Source of the DNA: Collinsella sp. | GTDB taxonomy: Bacteria; Actinomycetota; Coriobacteriia; Coriobacteriales; Coriobacteriaceae | Direction: 5' to 3' | Length of the DNA: 64,000 bases | NCBI GenBank assembly: GCA_019419525.1 | Contig: DXZU01000026.1 | Location: forward strand, 3,740 to 67,739 | Part shown: positions 18,756 through 28,766 of the stretch, one piece after another | Numbering within the stretch: the first letter of the stretch is position 1 | How the letters are laid out: the number at the start of each line of letters is the position of its first letter | The notes under the pieces: generated by a model | What the model saw: only the letters and a program-made list of their open reading frames with translations | Told to the model about the DNA's origin: nothing | Database searches by the model: none | Translations under genes and position numbers: made by a program

Positions 18756-18781
18756 TGGTAAAACTGTCAAGAGTTTTACCA
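18756..18781. promoter_or_regulatory. Palindromic candidate operator upstream of glgB
   Basis: TGGTAAAACT-gtcaag-AGTTTTACCA; the half-site recurs at 18716-18725 and 28625-28634. Confidence 0.45.
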
Positions 18782-19018
18782 CGGCAATTCTGCCAGTGGT
18801 CTAAACATGGCGCTTACCGATTAAACGCTCCCGCAAATCCACTTTCGTCCATAAAACTAACGCACAGGTGTTATCGTAGTTTCTGCCGAAAGTTCCACCG
18901 AGCACGCGAGGTGGAACGAATCACAGAAACATTCGCCGTCCCTTCGATTCGTGCAGCCTTGGACCTTTCGCATCTAGTCACCAAGGCAACACGCTGCCGC
19001 GTCATGATGGGATCAAAC

Positions 19019-21265
19019 GTGAGCGATACAAAGCTAAAGCCAGCAACCAAAAAGCCCGCTACCCGTAAAGCCGCCCCGCATGCACCGGAGCTCACCAAGG
19101 ACGATGTCTACCTGTTTGGCATTGGAATGTGGGAGCGCAGCTGGGAAAAGATGGGTGCGCATCCCGACACGCAGAACCGTACGCGCGGCTGGCGCTTTTG
19201 CGTTTGGGCGCCCGACGTAAAGAGTGTCCATGTCATTGGCGAATTTAACGACTGGGATGAGGAAGCCAACCCGCTGGTGCCCGTGCATACGAGCGCTATT
19301 TGGGAAGGCTTTATTCCTGGTGCCGAGCAGGGCCAGCTTTATAAATACCTCATCGAGACCAACGAGGGCGAAAAACTCTACAAGGCCGATCCGTATGCCT
19401 TTAAGGCCGAGTGCCCTCCGGGTACCGCCAGCGTGCTGTGGACCCTCGATGGCTACAAGTGGAACGATGCCGCGTGGCTCAAGCGCCGCGCCGGCCACAA
19501 CCATATGTCGCAGCCGCTCAATATCTACGAGGTGCATATTGGCTCGTGGAAGCGCCACGGCGATGCGCCGCAGGGCGAGCCGGACGAGTACGGCAACTAC
19601 CCCGGTCCCATGGACCCCTTCCCCGCGCAGCGCGGCGAGTTCTACACCTACGACGACCTGTCGGTGGAGCTCGTGGACTACGTGCGCGACATGGGCTATA
19701 CGCATATCGAGGTCATGCCGCTTATGGAGCACCCCTTCGATGGCTCTTGGGGCTACCAGACGACCGGCTACTATGCCGCCACGTCGCGCTACGGCAACCC
19801 GCAGCAGCTCATGCACTTTATCGATGCGTGCCACGAGTCTGGCATCGGCGTGATCATGGACTGGGTGCCTGGCGGTTTTTGCGCCGACTCCCACGGCCTT
19901 GCCGCTTTTAACGGCCGCATGCTGTTTGAGCACGAGATTCACCCCAACTGGGGCACGCACAAGTTTGACTTCGCCCGCGGCGAGGTCCGCTCTTTCCTGG
20001 TCTCCAATGTGCTGTTCTGGCTCGAGAACTTCCACGTGGACGGCATTCGCATGGACGGCGTGTCCAGTATGCTGTATCTCAACTTTGGCATCGACGATCC
20101 GGGCCAAAAGAAGTTCAACAAGTACGGAACTGAGGAGGACCTGGACGCCAGCGCGTTTATCCGCCAGGTCAACTGCGCCGTGGAGGCCCACTTCCCCGAC
20201 GTGATGATGATGGCCGAGGAGTCCACCGCCTGGCCGCTCGTGACCTATCCGCCACAGGACGGCGGCCTGGGCTTCCACTACAAGTGGGACATGGGCTGGA
20301 TGAACGACACCCTGCACTACATGCAGACCGATTTTCCGTGGCGCCCCGGCAACCACGGGCTGCTCACGTTTTCTATCATGTACGCCTTTACCGAGAACTT
20401 CATTTGCCCGCTGAGCCACGACGAGGTCGTTCACGGCAAGTGCTCGCTGATCGGCCGCATGCCGGGCGACTGGTGGCGCCAGTTTGCCGGCCTGCGCACG
20501 CTGGCCTTCTACCAGATGACGCACCCCGGTGCCAAGCTCAACTTTATGGGCAACGAGATCGGCCAGTTTATTGAGTGGCGCTACTACGAGTCCATCCAGT
20601 GGTTCCTGACCGAGGAGTACGAGACCCACCGTCATCATCAGGCGTTTATCAAGGCGCTCAACCACCTGTACACCGCCGAGCCCGCCCTGTATGAGCGCGG
20701 CTACACCGACGACGGCTTTACATGGATCGACGCGGACAACTCCAAGCAGTCCATCGTGAGTTTTGTGCGTCAGGGCGAGGACGTCGATGACGATCTGGTG
20801 ATCCTGATTAACTTTGACCCGGCGAGCTACGAGAGCTTCCGCGTGGGCGTGCCGCGTGAGGGTGACTGGGAGGTCATCTTCGATTCCGACCGTCCTGAGT
20901 TTGGCGGCAGCGGCTATGCCGGCGAGGAGCCCTACACCTGCTCGAGCGAGCCCTATCCCTGGAACGGGCAGATGGACTCCATCGAGATTAAGGTGCCCGG
21001 TCTGGCAGGCGTGGTGCTTAAGCGCCGCGGTCCCAGCAGCTTCAAGCCGCCCGTGGTCGAGGAGCCCAAGAAGACAACGCGCAAGCGCACGTCCTCGGTG
21101 AAGCCCAAGGTCGCGGCTGCTAAGAAGGCTCCGGCTAAGGCGAAGGCTGCCAAGTCTGCCGCCAAGGCTCCGGCCAAGTCCACTGCGGCCAAGAAGACAG
21201 CCACCAAAAAGGCTGCTCCCAAGGCCAAGGCAGCTGCTGTTAAGGCTCCTGCCAAGAAAGCGTAA
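19019..21265 (+). CDS. glgB: 1,4-alpha-glucan branching enzyme with Lys/Ala-rich C-terminal tail
   Basis: VWAP, NIYEVHIGSW, SWGYQ, DGIRMDGV, AEEST, LSHDEVVHGK motifs; start uncertain (19004-19019). Confidence 0.95.
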   Translation: MSDTKLKPATKKPATRKAAPHAPELTKDDVYLFGIGMWERSWEKMGAHPDTQNRTRGWRFCVWAPDVKSVHVIGEFNDWDEEANPLVPVHTSAIWEGFIPGAEQGQLYKYLIETNEGEKLYKADPYAFKAECPPGTASVLWTLDGYKWNDAAWLKRRAGHNHMSQPLNIYEVHIGSWKRHGDAPQGEPDEYGNYPGPMDPFPAQRGEFYTYDDLSVELVDYVRDMGYTHIEVMPLMEHPFDGSWGYQTTGYYAATSRYGNPQQLMHFIDACHESGIGVIMDWVPGGFCADSHGLAAFNGRMLFEHEIHPNWGTHKFDFARGEVRSFLVSNVLFWLENFHVDGIRMDGVSSMLYLNFGIDDPGQKKFNKYGTEEDLDASAFIRQVNCAVEAHFPDVMMMAEESTAWPLVTYPPQDGGLGFHYKWDMGWMNDTLHYMQTDFPWRPGNHGLLTFSIMYAFTENFICPLSHDEVVHGKCSLIGRMPGDWWRQFAGLRTLAFYQMTHPGAKLNFMGNEIGQFIEWRYYESIQWFLTEEYETHRHHQAFIKALNHLYTAEPALYERGYTDDGFTWIDADNSKQSIVSFVRQGEDVDDDLVILINFDPASYESFRVGVPREGDWEVIFDSDRPEFGGSGYAGEEPYTCSSEPYPWNGQMDSIEIKVPGLAGVVLKRRGPSSFKPPVVEEPKKTTRKRTSSVKPKVAAAKKAPAKAKAAKSAAKAPAKSTAAKKTATKKAAPKAKAAAVKAPAKKA

Positions 21266-21359
21266 CAAAGGTGTTACCACTGTAATTACCCGCCCCGCGG
21301 GGGCGTAGGATACAAGTCATAACCGTTCCGGGAGAAACATCCCCGGGGGAAAGGAACGT

Positions 21360-23786
21360 ATGAATAAGATCTTCGATAACAAGCAGGAGTTTACCGAGCT
21401 CTATCGCGATGCCGTCATGAGCATCAGTGGCAAGAGCGTCGAGGCCGCCAGCGACCTCGATCGCTTTAACGCCCTGGCCAAGCTCGTGGCCGAGAAGGCA
21501 CGCACCGTTGCCACCAAGAGCGACGCCCGTGCGGCCGCCGAGGGCAAGAAGCGCGTGTACTACTTCTCGATCGAGTTTTTGATCGGTCGCCTGCTCGACA
21601 ACTACCTGCTCAACTTTGGCGTGCGCGACATGGTCGCCGAGGCGCTCGACGACATGGGCTTCGATCTGTCCGTCATCGAGAACCAGGAGCCCGATCCGGC
21701 ACTGGGCAACGGTGGCCTGGGCCGTCTGGCCGCATGCTTCCTGGATTCCATGGCAGCCGAGGGCATTGCCGGCTACGGCAACGGCATACGCTACCGTTAC
21801 GGCCTGTTTAAGCAGGAGATCGTTAACGGCAGCCAGGTCGAGGCCACCGACGAGTGGCTCACCCATGGCTATCCCTGGGAGGTCCGCCGTCAGGACAAGG
21901 CCGTGACCATCAAGTTTGGTGGCCATGTTGAGGGCTTTGAGGAGAACGGCCGCACGTTCTACCGCACCGTGGACACGCAGGACATCCTGGCCGTCCCCTA
22001 CGACATCCCCGTTGTGGGCTATGCCGGCGAGACCGTCAATAAACTGCGCGTCTGGGCCGCCGAGCCGGTCGAGGAGCACTTCGATCTGGAGGCCTTCAAC
22101 CGCGGCGACTATGCCCTGGCCGACGCCGAACGCGCCGAGGCCGAGGCCATCAGCGCCATCCTCTACCCCAACGACGCCGGCGAGCACGGCCGCCTGCTGC
22201 GCCTGAAGCAGGAGTACCTGTTTGTCTCGGCCGGCATCTACAGCCTGCTCGACACCTTTGAGAAGGAGCACGGCGAGAACTGGGAGCTGCTGCCGCAGTT
22301 TGTGGCCATCCACACCAACGACACACACCCCGCCATGTGCGGACCCGAGCTCATGCGCATCCTCATCGACGAGAAGAAGCTCGAGTGGGACGACGCCTGG
22401 AACATCGTGACGCAGGTCGTGAGCTACACCAACCACACCATCCTGCCCGAGGCCCTGGAGAAGTGGCCCATCGGCATGTTCTCCAAGCTCCTCCCCCGCG
22501 TGTACCAGATCATCGACGAGATCAGCCGTCGTTGGCACGAGTCGTTCGACACCACGCAGGAGGGCTGGCAGGAGCGTCTGCGTCAGACCGCCATCCTGTG
22601 GGACGGCGAGATTCGCATGGCCAACCTGTCCGTGATCTGCAGCCACAGCGTCAACGGCGTGGCCAAGATCCACTCCGACATCATCAAGAACATCGTGCTC
22701 AAGGACTTCTATGCCCTGACGCCCGAGAAGTTCAACAACAAGACCAACGGCATCTCGCACCGTCGCTTCTTTGCCGAGGCCAACCCCACCTACGCCAAGC
22801 TCGTGACCGAGGCCATTGGCGACGGCTGGCTGAAGAACGCCTTTGAGCTGGAGAAACTCAAAGAGTTCCAGAACGATACCGGGTTCCTGAAGGCCGTGGG
22901 TGCCTCCAAGCGCGCCAACAAGGAGCGCCTTGCCGCCTACGTTAAGGCCGAGACTGGTCTGGTCATTGACCCCAACACCGTCTTCGATGTTCAGGTAAAG
23001 CGCTTCCACGCCTACAAGCGCCAGCTCATGAACATCATGAAGGTGATGGACATCTACAACCGTCGCATCGCCGATCCCAACTTCCACGTAACGCCGACGA
23101 CCTTCATCTTTAGCGGCAAGGCTGCCTCGAGCTACACCTTTGCCAAGGAGACCATCCGCCTCATTAACTCCGTGGCCGACGTCATCAACAACGACCCGCG
23201 CGTCAACGAGGTCATGAAGGTCTGCTTTATCCCCAACTTCCGTGTGAGCAACGCCCAGCTCATCTACCCTGCCGCCGAGATCTCGGAGCAGATCTCCACT
23301 GCCGGCAAGGAGGCCTCGGGCACGTCCAACATGAAGCTCATGATGAACGGCGCCATTACGCTGGGCACCCTCGACGGCGCCAACATCGAGATCGCCGACC
23401 TGGCCGGCCGCGAGAACGAGGCCATCTTTGGCCTGACCGCCCCCGAGGTCGAGCAGCTCTGGGCATCGAACAGCTACTTTGCGTGGGATACCCTCAACAA
23501 CGATCGCGAGCGTCTGGGTCGCGTGATGGACGAGCTCAAGGACAACACGTTTGCCGGTCTTTCGGGCAACTTCGAGAGCATCTACAACGAGCTCATGAAC
23601 AACAACGACCCCGACCTGGTCATGGCAGACTTCCGCAGCTACGTGGATGCGTGGGAGAAGCTTACGGGCAGCTATGGCGACCAGGAGACCTGGAACCGCA
23701 AGGCCCTGCTCAACACCGCCTCGAGCGGCTGGTTCTCGAGCGACCGCACCATTCGCGAGTACCGCGACGAGATCTGGCACGCGTAA
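21360..23786 (+). CDS. glgP: Glycogen/maltodextrin phosphorylase
   Basis: LGNGGLGRLAACF, NDTHP, KRFHAYKRQ, EASGTSNMK (PLP lysine). Confidence 0.96.
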   Translation: MNKIFDNKQEFTELYRDAVMSISGKSVEAASDLDRFNALAKLVAEKARTVATKSDARAAAEGKKRVYYFSIEFLIGRLLDNYLLNFGVRDMVAEALDDMGFDLSVIENQEPDPALGNGGLGRLAACFLDSMAAEGIAGYGNGIRYRYGLFKQEIVNGSQVEATDEWLTHGYPWEVRRQDKAVTIKFGGHVEGFEENGRTFYRTVDTQDILAVPYDIPVVGYAGETVNKLRVWAAEPVEEHFDLEAFNRGDYALADAERAEAEAISAILYPNDAGEHGRLLRLKQEYLFVSAGIYSLLDTFEKEHGENWELLPQFVAIHTNDTHPAMCGPELMRILIDEKKLEWDDAWNIVTQVVSYTNHTILPEALEKWPIGMFSKLLPRVYQIIDEISRRWHESFDTTQEGWQERLRQTAILWDGEIRMANLSVICSHSVNGVAKIHSDIIKNIVLKDFYALTPEKFNNKTNGISHRRFFAEANPTYAKLVTEAIGDGWLKNAFELEKLKEFQNDTGFLKAVGASKRANKERLAAYVKAETGLVIDPNTVFDVQVKRFHAYKRQLMNIMKVMDIYNRRIADPNFHVTPTTFIFSGKAASSYTFAKETIRLINSVADVINNDPRVNEVMKVCFIPNFRVSNAQLIYPAAEISEQISTAGKEASGTSNMKLMMNGAITLGTLDGANIEIADLAGRENEAIFGLTAPEVEQLWASNSYFAWDTLNNDRERLGRVMDELKDNTFAGLSGNFESIYNELMNNNDPDLVMADFRSYVDAWEKLTGSYGDQETWNRKALLNTASSGWFSSDRTIREYRDEIWHA

Positions 23787-23894
23787 AGGCGCTCGAGCTC
23801 CCCTATGCCAGCACGGCATTACTCGACGGGCGTGACGTTGCGCCGCGCCCGTCGCAAATGGGTTTAGGAACATCGATGACAGAAGGAGAAATCG

Positions 23895-25043
23895 ATGAGT
23901 AAGAAAGAATGCATCGCGATGCTCCTCGCAGGAGGACAGGGTAGCCGATTGGGGGCACTCACCCAAAAGATCGCTAAGCCGGCGGTTAGCTTTGGTGGCA
24001 AGTTCCGCATTATCGACTTTTCGCTCTCCAACTGCTCCAACTCGGGCATCGACACGGTGGGCGTTCTGACGCAGTATCGCCCCTACCTGCTGCATGCCTA
24101 CGTGGGCTCCGGCGAGGCGTGGGATCTGGACAGCCGCGACGGCGGCGTGTCGATCCTGCCGCCGTACGAGACGCAGACCGGTGGCGCCTGGTATGCGGGC
24201 ACGGCCGACGCCATTACGCAGAACCTCGACTACATCAAGGCCAACGACCCCAAGTACGTCCTGATTCTTTCGGGCGATCACCTGTATCGCATGGACTACC
24301 GCAAGATGCTCAAGACGCACATTGAGAACAACGCCGACCTCACGGTGAGCGTTATGCCCGTGCCGTGGGAGGAGGCCAGCCGCTTTGGCATCCTAACCAC
24401 CGACCCCGAGGACGGCCGCATCACCAAGTTCACCGAGAAGCCCGATAAGCCCGATTCGAATCTCGCGTCCATGGGCATCTACATCTTCTCGGCAGACGTG
24501 CTGATCGAGGCGCTCGAGGAAGACGCTCTGGACCAGCGCTCGAGCCACGACTTTGGCAAGGACATCATCCCCAAGCTGCTCGGCGAGGGCAAGCGCCTGT
24601 ACAGCTACGAGTTCCACGGCTTTTGGAAGGACGTCGGCACCATCGCCAGCTTCCACGAGACCTCGATGGACCTGCTGGGCAACAACCCCGAGTTCGATCT
24701 GTTCGACAAGCACTTCCCCATCATGTCCAACATCACCACGCGTCCGCCGCACTACATTGGCCCGGACGGCCGCCTGGACGACTGCCTGGTCTCCAACGGC
24801 TGCAAGATCTACGGCACCGCGCGCCACTCGATCCTTTCGACCGATGTCATCATCGAGGAGCGCGCTGTGGTCGAGGACTCCGTGCTGCTGCCGGGTGCGC
24901 ACGTTAAGAGCGGTGCGCACATCTGCCGCGCTATTTTGGGCGAGAACTCCACGGTCGAAGAGGGCGTGAAGCTCGGCTCTGTCGATACCACCAAGGATAC
25001 GGCCGTCGTTGGAAATGACGTCGTTATCGGGAAGGGGGAATGA
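23895..25043 (+). CDS. glgC: Glucose-1-phosphate adenylyltransferase
   Basis: [36 protein letters not shown] motifs. Confidence 0.96.
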   Translation: MSKKECIAMLLAGGQGSRLGALTQKIAKPAVSFGGKFRIIDFSLSNCSNSGIDTVGVLTQYRPYLLHAYVGSGEAWDLDSRDGGVSILPPYETQTGGAWYAGTADAITQNLDYIKANDPKYVLILSGDHLYRMDYRKMLKTHIENNADLTVSVMPVPWEEASRFGILTTDPEDGRITKFTEKPDKPDSNLASMGIYIFSADVLIEALEEDALDQRSSHDFGKDIIPKLLGEGKRLYSYEFHGFWKDVGTIASFHETSMDLLGNNPEFDLFDKHFPIMSNITTRPPHYIGPDGRLDDCLVSNGCKIYGTARHSILSTDVIIEERAVVEDSVLLPGAHVKSGAHICRAILGENSTVEEGVKLGSVDTTKDTAVVGNDVVIGKGE

Positions 25044-25047
25044 TCCG

Positions 25048-26175
25048 ATGATCAATCGCAAGGCCATCGGTTATATCACCGCTAACTACTCTTCGACCTA
25101 CGGCAGCGTGCTGCTCAAGGACCGCCCCATCGCGTCCGTTCCGTTTTTGGGCCGCTACCGCCTGATCGACTTCCCGCTGTCCAACATGATGAATGCCGGC
25201 ATTAAGACCGTCGGCGTCGTCATGCCGGGCAACTACCGCTCGCTGATCGACCACGTGGGCTCGGGTAAGGACTGGGGCCTGGACCGCAAGAAGGGCGGCC
25301 TGTTCATGGTGCCCGGCAACGCGTATGGCACCACCAAGGGCGGCATGCGCTTCCTGCTGCGCGACATTATCTCCAACAAGACGCTGTTCCAGCGCTCGGA
25401 CAAGCCCTATGTTGTGATGATGGGCACCAACATCATCTTTAACATGGACCTCAACACCATCATCGATGCGCACGAGAACTCCGGTGCACAGATGACCGTG
25501 GTGTACTGCAAGGCCACGCGCAACGTCGATGACGAGACCAAGCTCGACATTAACGAGAACGGCCGCCTGACGGGCGTGAGCGCCGGCGTCGTGTACGGCG
25601 ACAACGCCTCCATGGACTGCTGCATCGTCAACCGCGAGACGCTGCTCGAGATCATCGACCACTACCAGGCCGCCGACTATCTGGACCTGCTCGAGGCACT
25701 CCAGGGCGACTTTGGCAACATCGACGTGTGCAGCTACGAGTACAAGGGCGAGGTCGTGGGCGTGTTTAGCGAGAAGTCGCTGTATCGCCGCAGCATGGAC
25801 CTGCTCGACCAGACCGTGGCCGACCATCTCTTCGATCCCGAGCGCCCGATCCTGACCAAGGCTCACGACGTGCCGCCTTCGCGCTATGCGACCGGCAGCC
25901 ACGCGTGCAACTCGATCATCTCGGCTGGCTGCATCATCAAGGGCACCGTGCGCAACTCGATCCTGTCGCGCGGCGTCGTGGTCGAGGAAGGCGCCTCGGT
26001 GACCAACTCGATCATCAACCAGAGCTGCATCATCAAGAGCGGCGCCCGTGTTGAGAACGCCATCCTGGACAAGAACAACGTGGTCCCCACCAACACCGAG
26101 CTTCGCGGCACGCCCGAGAACATCCTGGTGCTGGGCAAGGCTCCGTTAACTTCCGATACCACCATCGTACGTTAA
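25048..26175 (+). CDS. glgD: ADP-glucose pyrophosphorylase accessory subunit
   Basis: RPIASVPFLGRYRLIDF.LSNM, HVGSGKDW; lacks the GxGxRL loop; follows glgC. Confidence 0.92.
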   Translation: MINRKAIGYITANYSSTYGSVLLKDRPIASVPFLGRYRLIDFPLSNMMNAGIKTVGVVMPGNYRSLIDHVGSGKDWGLDRKKGGLFMVPGNAYGTTKGGMRFLLRDIISNKTLFQRSDKPYVVMMGTNIIFNMDLNTIIDAHENSGAQMTVVYCKATRNVDDETKLDINENGRLTGVSAGVVYGDNASMDCCIVNRETLLEIIDHYQAADYLDLLEALQGDFGNIDVCSYEYKGEVVGVFSEKSLYRRSMDLLDQTVADHLFDPERPILTKAHDVPPSRYATGSHACNSIISAGCIIKGTVRNSILSRGVVVEEGASVTNSIINQSCIIKSGARVENAILDKNNVVPTNTELRGTPENILVLGKAPLTSDTTIVR

Positions 26176-26265
26176 CGTTGGCACCGCAACATCGCTCGTA
26201 ACATGTAGAATAGCCGCCCGGTTAGCGCCAGGCGGCTATTCTCGAATTGCAACATGGGAGACAAT

Positions 26266-28548
26266 ATGGCTGATTCCAGCAAAAAGATGCAGATCGTGTT
26301 TGCCTCGGCCGAGTGCGCGCCGTTTGTGAAGACCGGTGGCCTGGGCGACGTAGCGGGCTCGCTGCCTGCGGCGCTTGTGCGCGCCGGCGCCGAAGTCATC
26401 GTGATGGTGCCCAAGTACGCCACCATCAAGGACGAGTACAAGGCGCAGATGGAGCACTTCTCCGACTTTTACGTGAGCCTGGGCTGGCGCAATGAGTACT
26501 GCGGGCTCGAGAAGCTCGAGCACGACGGCGTCACCTATATGTTCATCGACAACGAGCGCTACTTTGCGCGCGACTATCCGTATGGCTTCTTTGACGACGG
26601 CGAGCGTTTTGCGTTCTTCTCCAAGGCCATCACCGAGAGCCTGCAGCACCTGCCGGCCGGCTTTGAGTGCGACATCCTGCACTGCAACGACTGGCAGACG
26701 GCACTGGCGCCCGTGTTTTTGCGCGAGTTCTACCAGGGCCTGCCGCTGTATGACCGCGTCAAGACCGTGTTCTCGATCCACAACGTGGCGTTCCAGGGCC
26801 AGTTTAGCGATACCGTGATGGAGGACATCCTGGGTGTGGCGCACATTCCGGCCGCCGCTTCGCAGCTGCGTTGCGACGCCTGCAGCATCAACTACATGCT
26901 GGGCGCCCTACGTTATGCCGACGCCATCACTACGGTGAGCCCCACCTATGCCAACGAGATCCAGACGCCCGAGTTTGGCGAGGGTCTGGATGGCGTGCTG
27001 CGCGAGCGTTCGTACGCGCTGCAGGGCATTTTGAATGGCATCGACGTCGCGGGCTTTGACCCGGCGACCGACAAGCGCATTGCCGCAAACTACACGGTTG
27101 ATGACCGTTCCGGCAAGGCCGTGTGCAAGGCCAAGCTTCAGGAAGAGCTGGGGCTCGAGGTTCGCGACGACCGCCCGCTCATGGTGATGGTCACGCGTCT
27201 GACACGCCAGAAGGGCATGGACCTGGTCATGTACGCGCTCGACCGCATCCTGGCCGGCGGTGTGCAGGTGGCGGTGCTGGGCACCGGCGACCGCGACTAC
27301 GAGGACGGCCTGCGATATTTCCAGGACAAGTACCCCGGCACCATGGCCGCACGCATCGAGTTCGATCCGGCGCTGTCGCAGCGCATGTACGCCGCCGCCG
27401 ACATGTTCCTGATGCCTTCGAAGTTTGAGCCCTGCGGCCTGTCGCAGATCATCGCCATGCGCTACGGTACCCTGCCCATCGTGCGCGAGACCGGCGGCCT
27501 GAAGGACACCGTGATCCCGTACAACGAGTTTACCGGCGAGGGCACGGGCTTCTCGTTTAGTAACTTTAACGGCGACGAGATGGGCGACGCCGTGTTCCGC
27601 GCGGCACGCCTGTTCTGGGACAACCGCGAGGCCTGGGATCAGCTGGTCACGCAGGCCATGAGCCAGGACTTTAGCTGGACGCGCTCGGCCGATAAGTATC
27701 TGGACCTGTACTTCTTTATGCATCCGGAGATTGAGAGGCCGGCGGCAGTTGTCGACGAGCCTAAAGCTGTTGCTGAGCCGGAGTCCAAGGCCGAGGAGAA
27801 GCCGGTTGAAGCTGAGCCCGCAAAGGCCGAGCCTGAGGTGAAGGCTGAGGTTGCTCCTGAGGCAAAGGCTGAGGTCAAGCCCGCTGCAAAGCCCGCAGCT
27901 AAGAAGACCACGACCCGCAAGACGACCACTAAGAAGGTTACGACGACCAAGTCTGCCGCGACTAAAACAACGGCTGCCAAGGCAACGACCACGCGCAAGC
28001 GCACGACCGCCGCTGCCAAGAAGGCCGCCGAAGCCGAGGCTGCTCCCGAGGTAAAGGCCGAGGTCGCTAAGGCCAAGCCGGCCACCAAGGCTCCGGCAAA
28101 GACTGCTGCCAAGAAGACAACGGCAGCCAAGAAGACCACGGCAACGAAGTTGACGACCACGAAGGCCGCCACGACCAAGTCAGCCGCAAAGCCGGCAGCC
28201 AAGGTCGAGGAGACGCCTGCAGAGTCCAAGGCGGAGGTAACCGTCGAGACCAAGCCCGCCGCCAAGACCACCACGCGAAAGCGCACGACGACGGGCAAGA
28301 AGACCACGGCAAAGACCACGACTCCCAAGGCAGAGACTAAGCCAGCTGCTGCCAAAGAGGAGCCCAAGGCCGAGGTAAAGACTAAGCCGGCGCCGAAGGC
28401 CGCTGAGGTCAAGGCCGCACCGAAGGCAGAGACTAAGCCCGAGCCTGCCAAGGAGACCCCGGTCTCCCCCGCCGCTCCGGCAGAGAAAAAGGCCCCGTCC
28501 AAGAAGACGTCCGTCCGCAAGGCAACGGCCACCCGCAAGCGCCGCTAG
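26266..28548 (+). CDS. glgA: Glycogen synthase with about 270-aa Lys/Ala/Thr/Pro-rich C-terminal extension
   Basis: KTGGLGDV, HCNDWQ, FEPCGLSQ, FSW motifs followed by low-complexity tail. Confidence 0.95.
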   Translation: MADSSKKMQIVFASAECAPFVKTGGLGDVAGSLPAALVRAGAEVIVMVPKYATIKDEYKAQMEHFSDFYVSLGWRNEYCGLEKLEHDGVTYMFIDNERYFARDYPYGFFDDGERFAFFSKAITESLQHLPAGFECDILHCNDWQTALAPVFLREFYQGLPLYDRVKTVFSIHNVAFQGQFSDTVMEDILGVAHIPAAASQLRCDACSINYMLGALRYADAITTVSPTYANEIQTPEFGEGLDGVLRERSYALQGILNGIDVAGFDPATDKRIAANYTVDDRSGKAVCKAKLQEELGLEVRDDRPLMVMVTRLTRQKGMDLVMYALDRILAGGVQVAVLGTGDRDYEDGLRYFQDKYPGTMAARIEFDPALSQRMYAAADMFLMPSKFEPCGLSQIIAMRYGTLPIVRETGGLKDTVIPYNEFTGEGTGFSFSNFNGDEMGDAVFRAARLFWDNREAWDQLVTQAMSQDFSWTRSADKYLDLYFFMHPEIERPAAVVDEPKAVAEPESKAEEKPVEAEPAKAEPEVKAEVAPEAKAEVKPAAKPAAKKTTTRKTTTKKVTTTKSAATKTTAAKATTTRKRTTAAAKKAAEAEAAPEVKAEVAKAKPATKAPAKTAAKKTTAAKKTTATKLTTTKAATTKSAAKPAAKVEETPAESKAEVTVETKPAAKTTTRKRTTTGKKTTAKTTTPKAETKPAAAKEEPKAEVKTKPAPKAAEVKAAPKAETKPEPAKETPVSPAAPAEKKAPSKKTSVRKATATRKRR

Positions 28549-28584
28549 CCCACAGACGATCCAAAACCTAATCAAACCCTATGC

Positions 28585-28612
28585 AAGGGGCGCTCCAACC
28601 GGGCGCCCCTTC
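28585..28612 (+). terminator. Probable terminator after glgA
   Basis: AAGGGGCGCTC-caacc-GGGCGCCCCTT hairpin. Confidence 0.6.
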
Positions 28613-28766
28613 TCTGTAGGTAGTTGGTAAAACGATTTTCTAGGACAACCGTTCGCCGATGGTAAACGGATGTTGTTTATACAGCCTGTGTACAACAGAT
28701 ATACTTACATCCTGTGCGTAAAGCCCATGGCCCGCAGGCCGTGATTCTATTGAACTGGACCGTATT

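Noticed and set aside
18755..19018. Extended N-termini in the ORF track (glgB, sdaA, several cob genes)
   Set aside because: RBS positions, stop/start overlaps and family N-termini favour downstream starts
19034..24320. Very long antisense ORFs (748 aa, 1026 aa) and many similar shadow ORFs across the window
   Set aside because: They mirror well-supported genes on the other strand, a typical artefact of high-GC codon bias, and have no motifs of their own
27639..28538. Hydrophobic 299-aa minus-strand ORF resembling a membrane protein
   Set aside because: It is the antisense reading of the GlgA Lys/Thr/Ala tail
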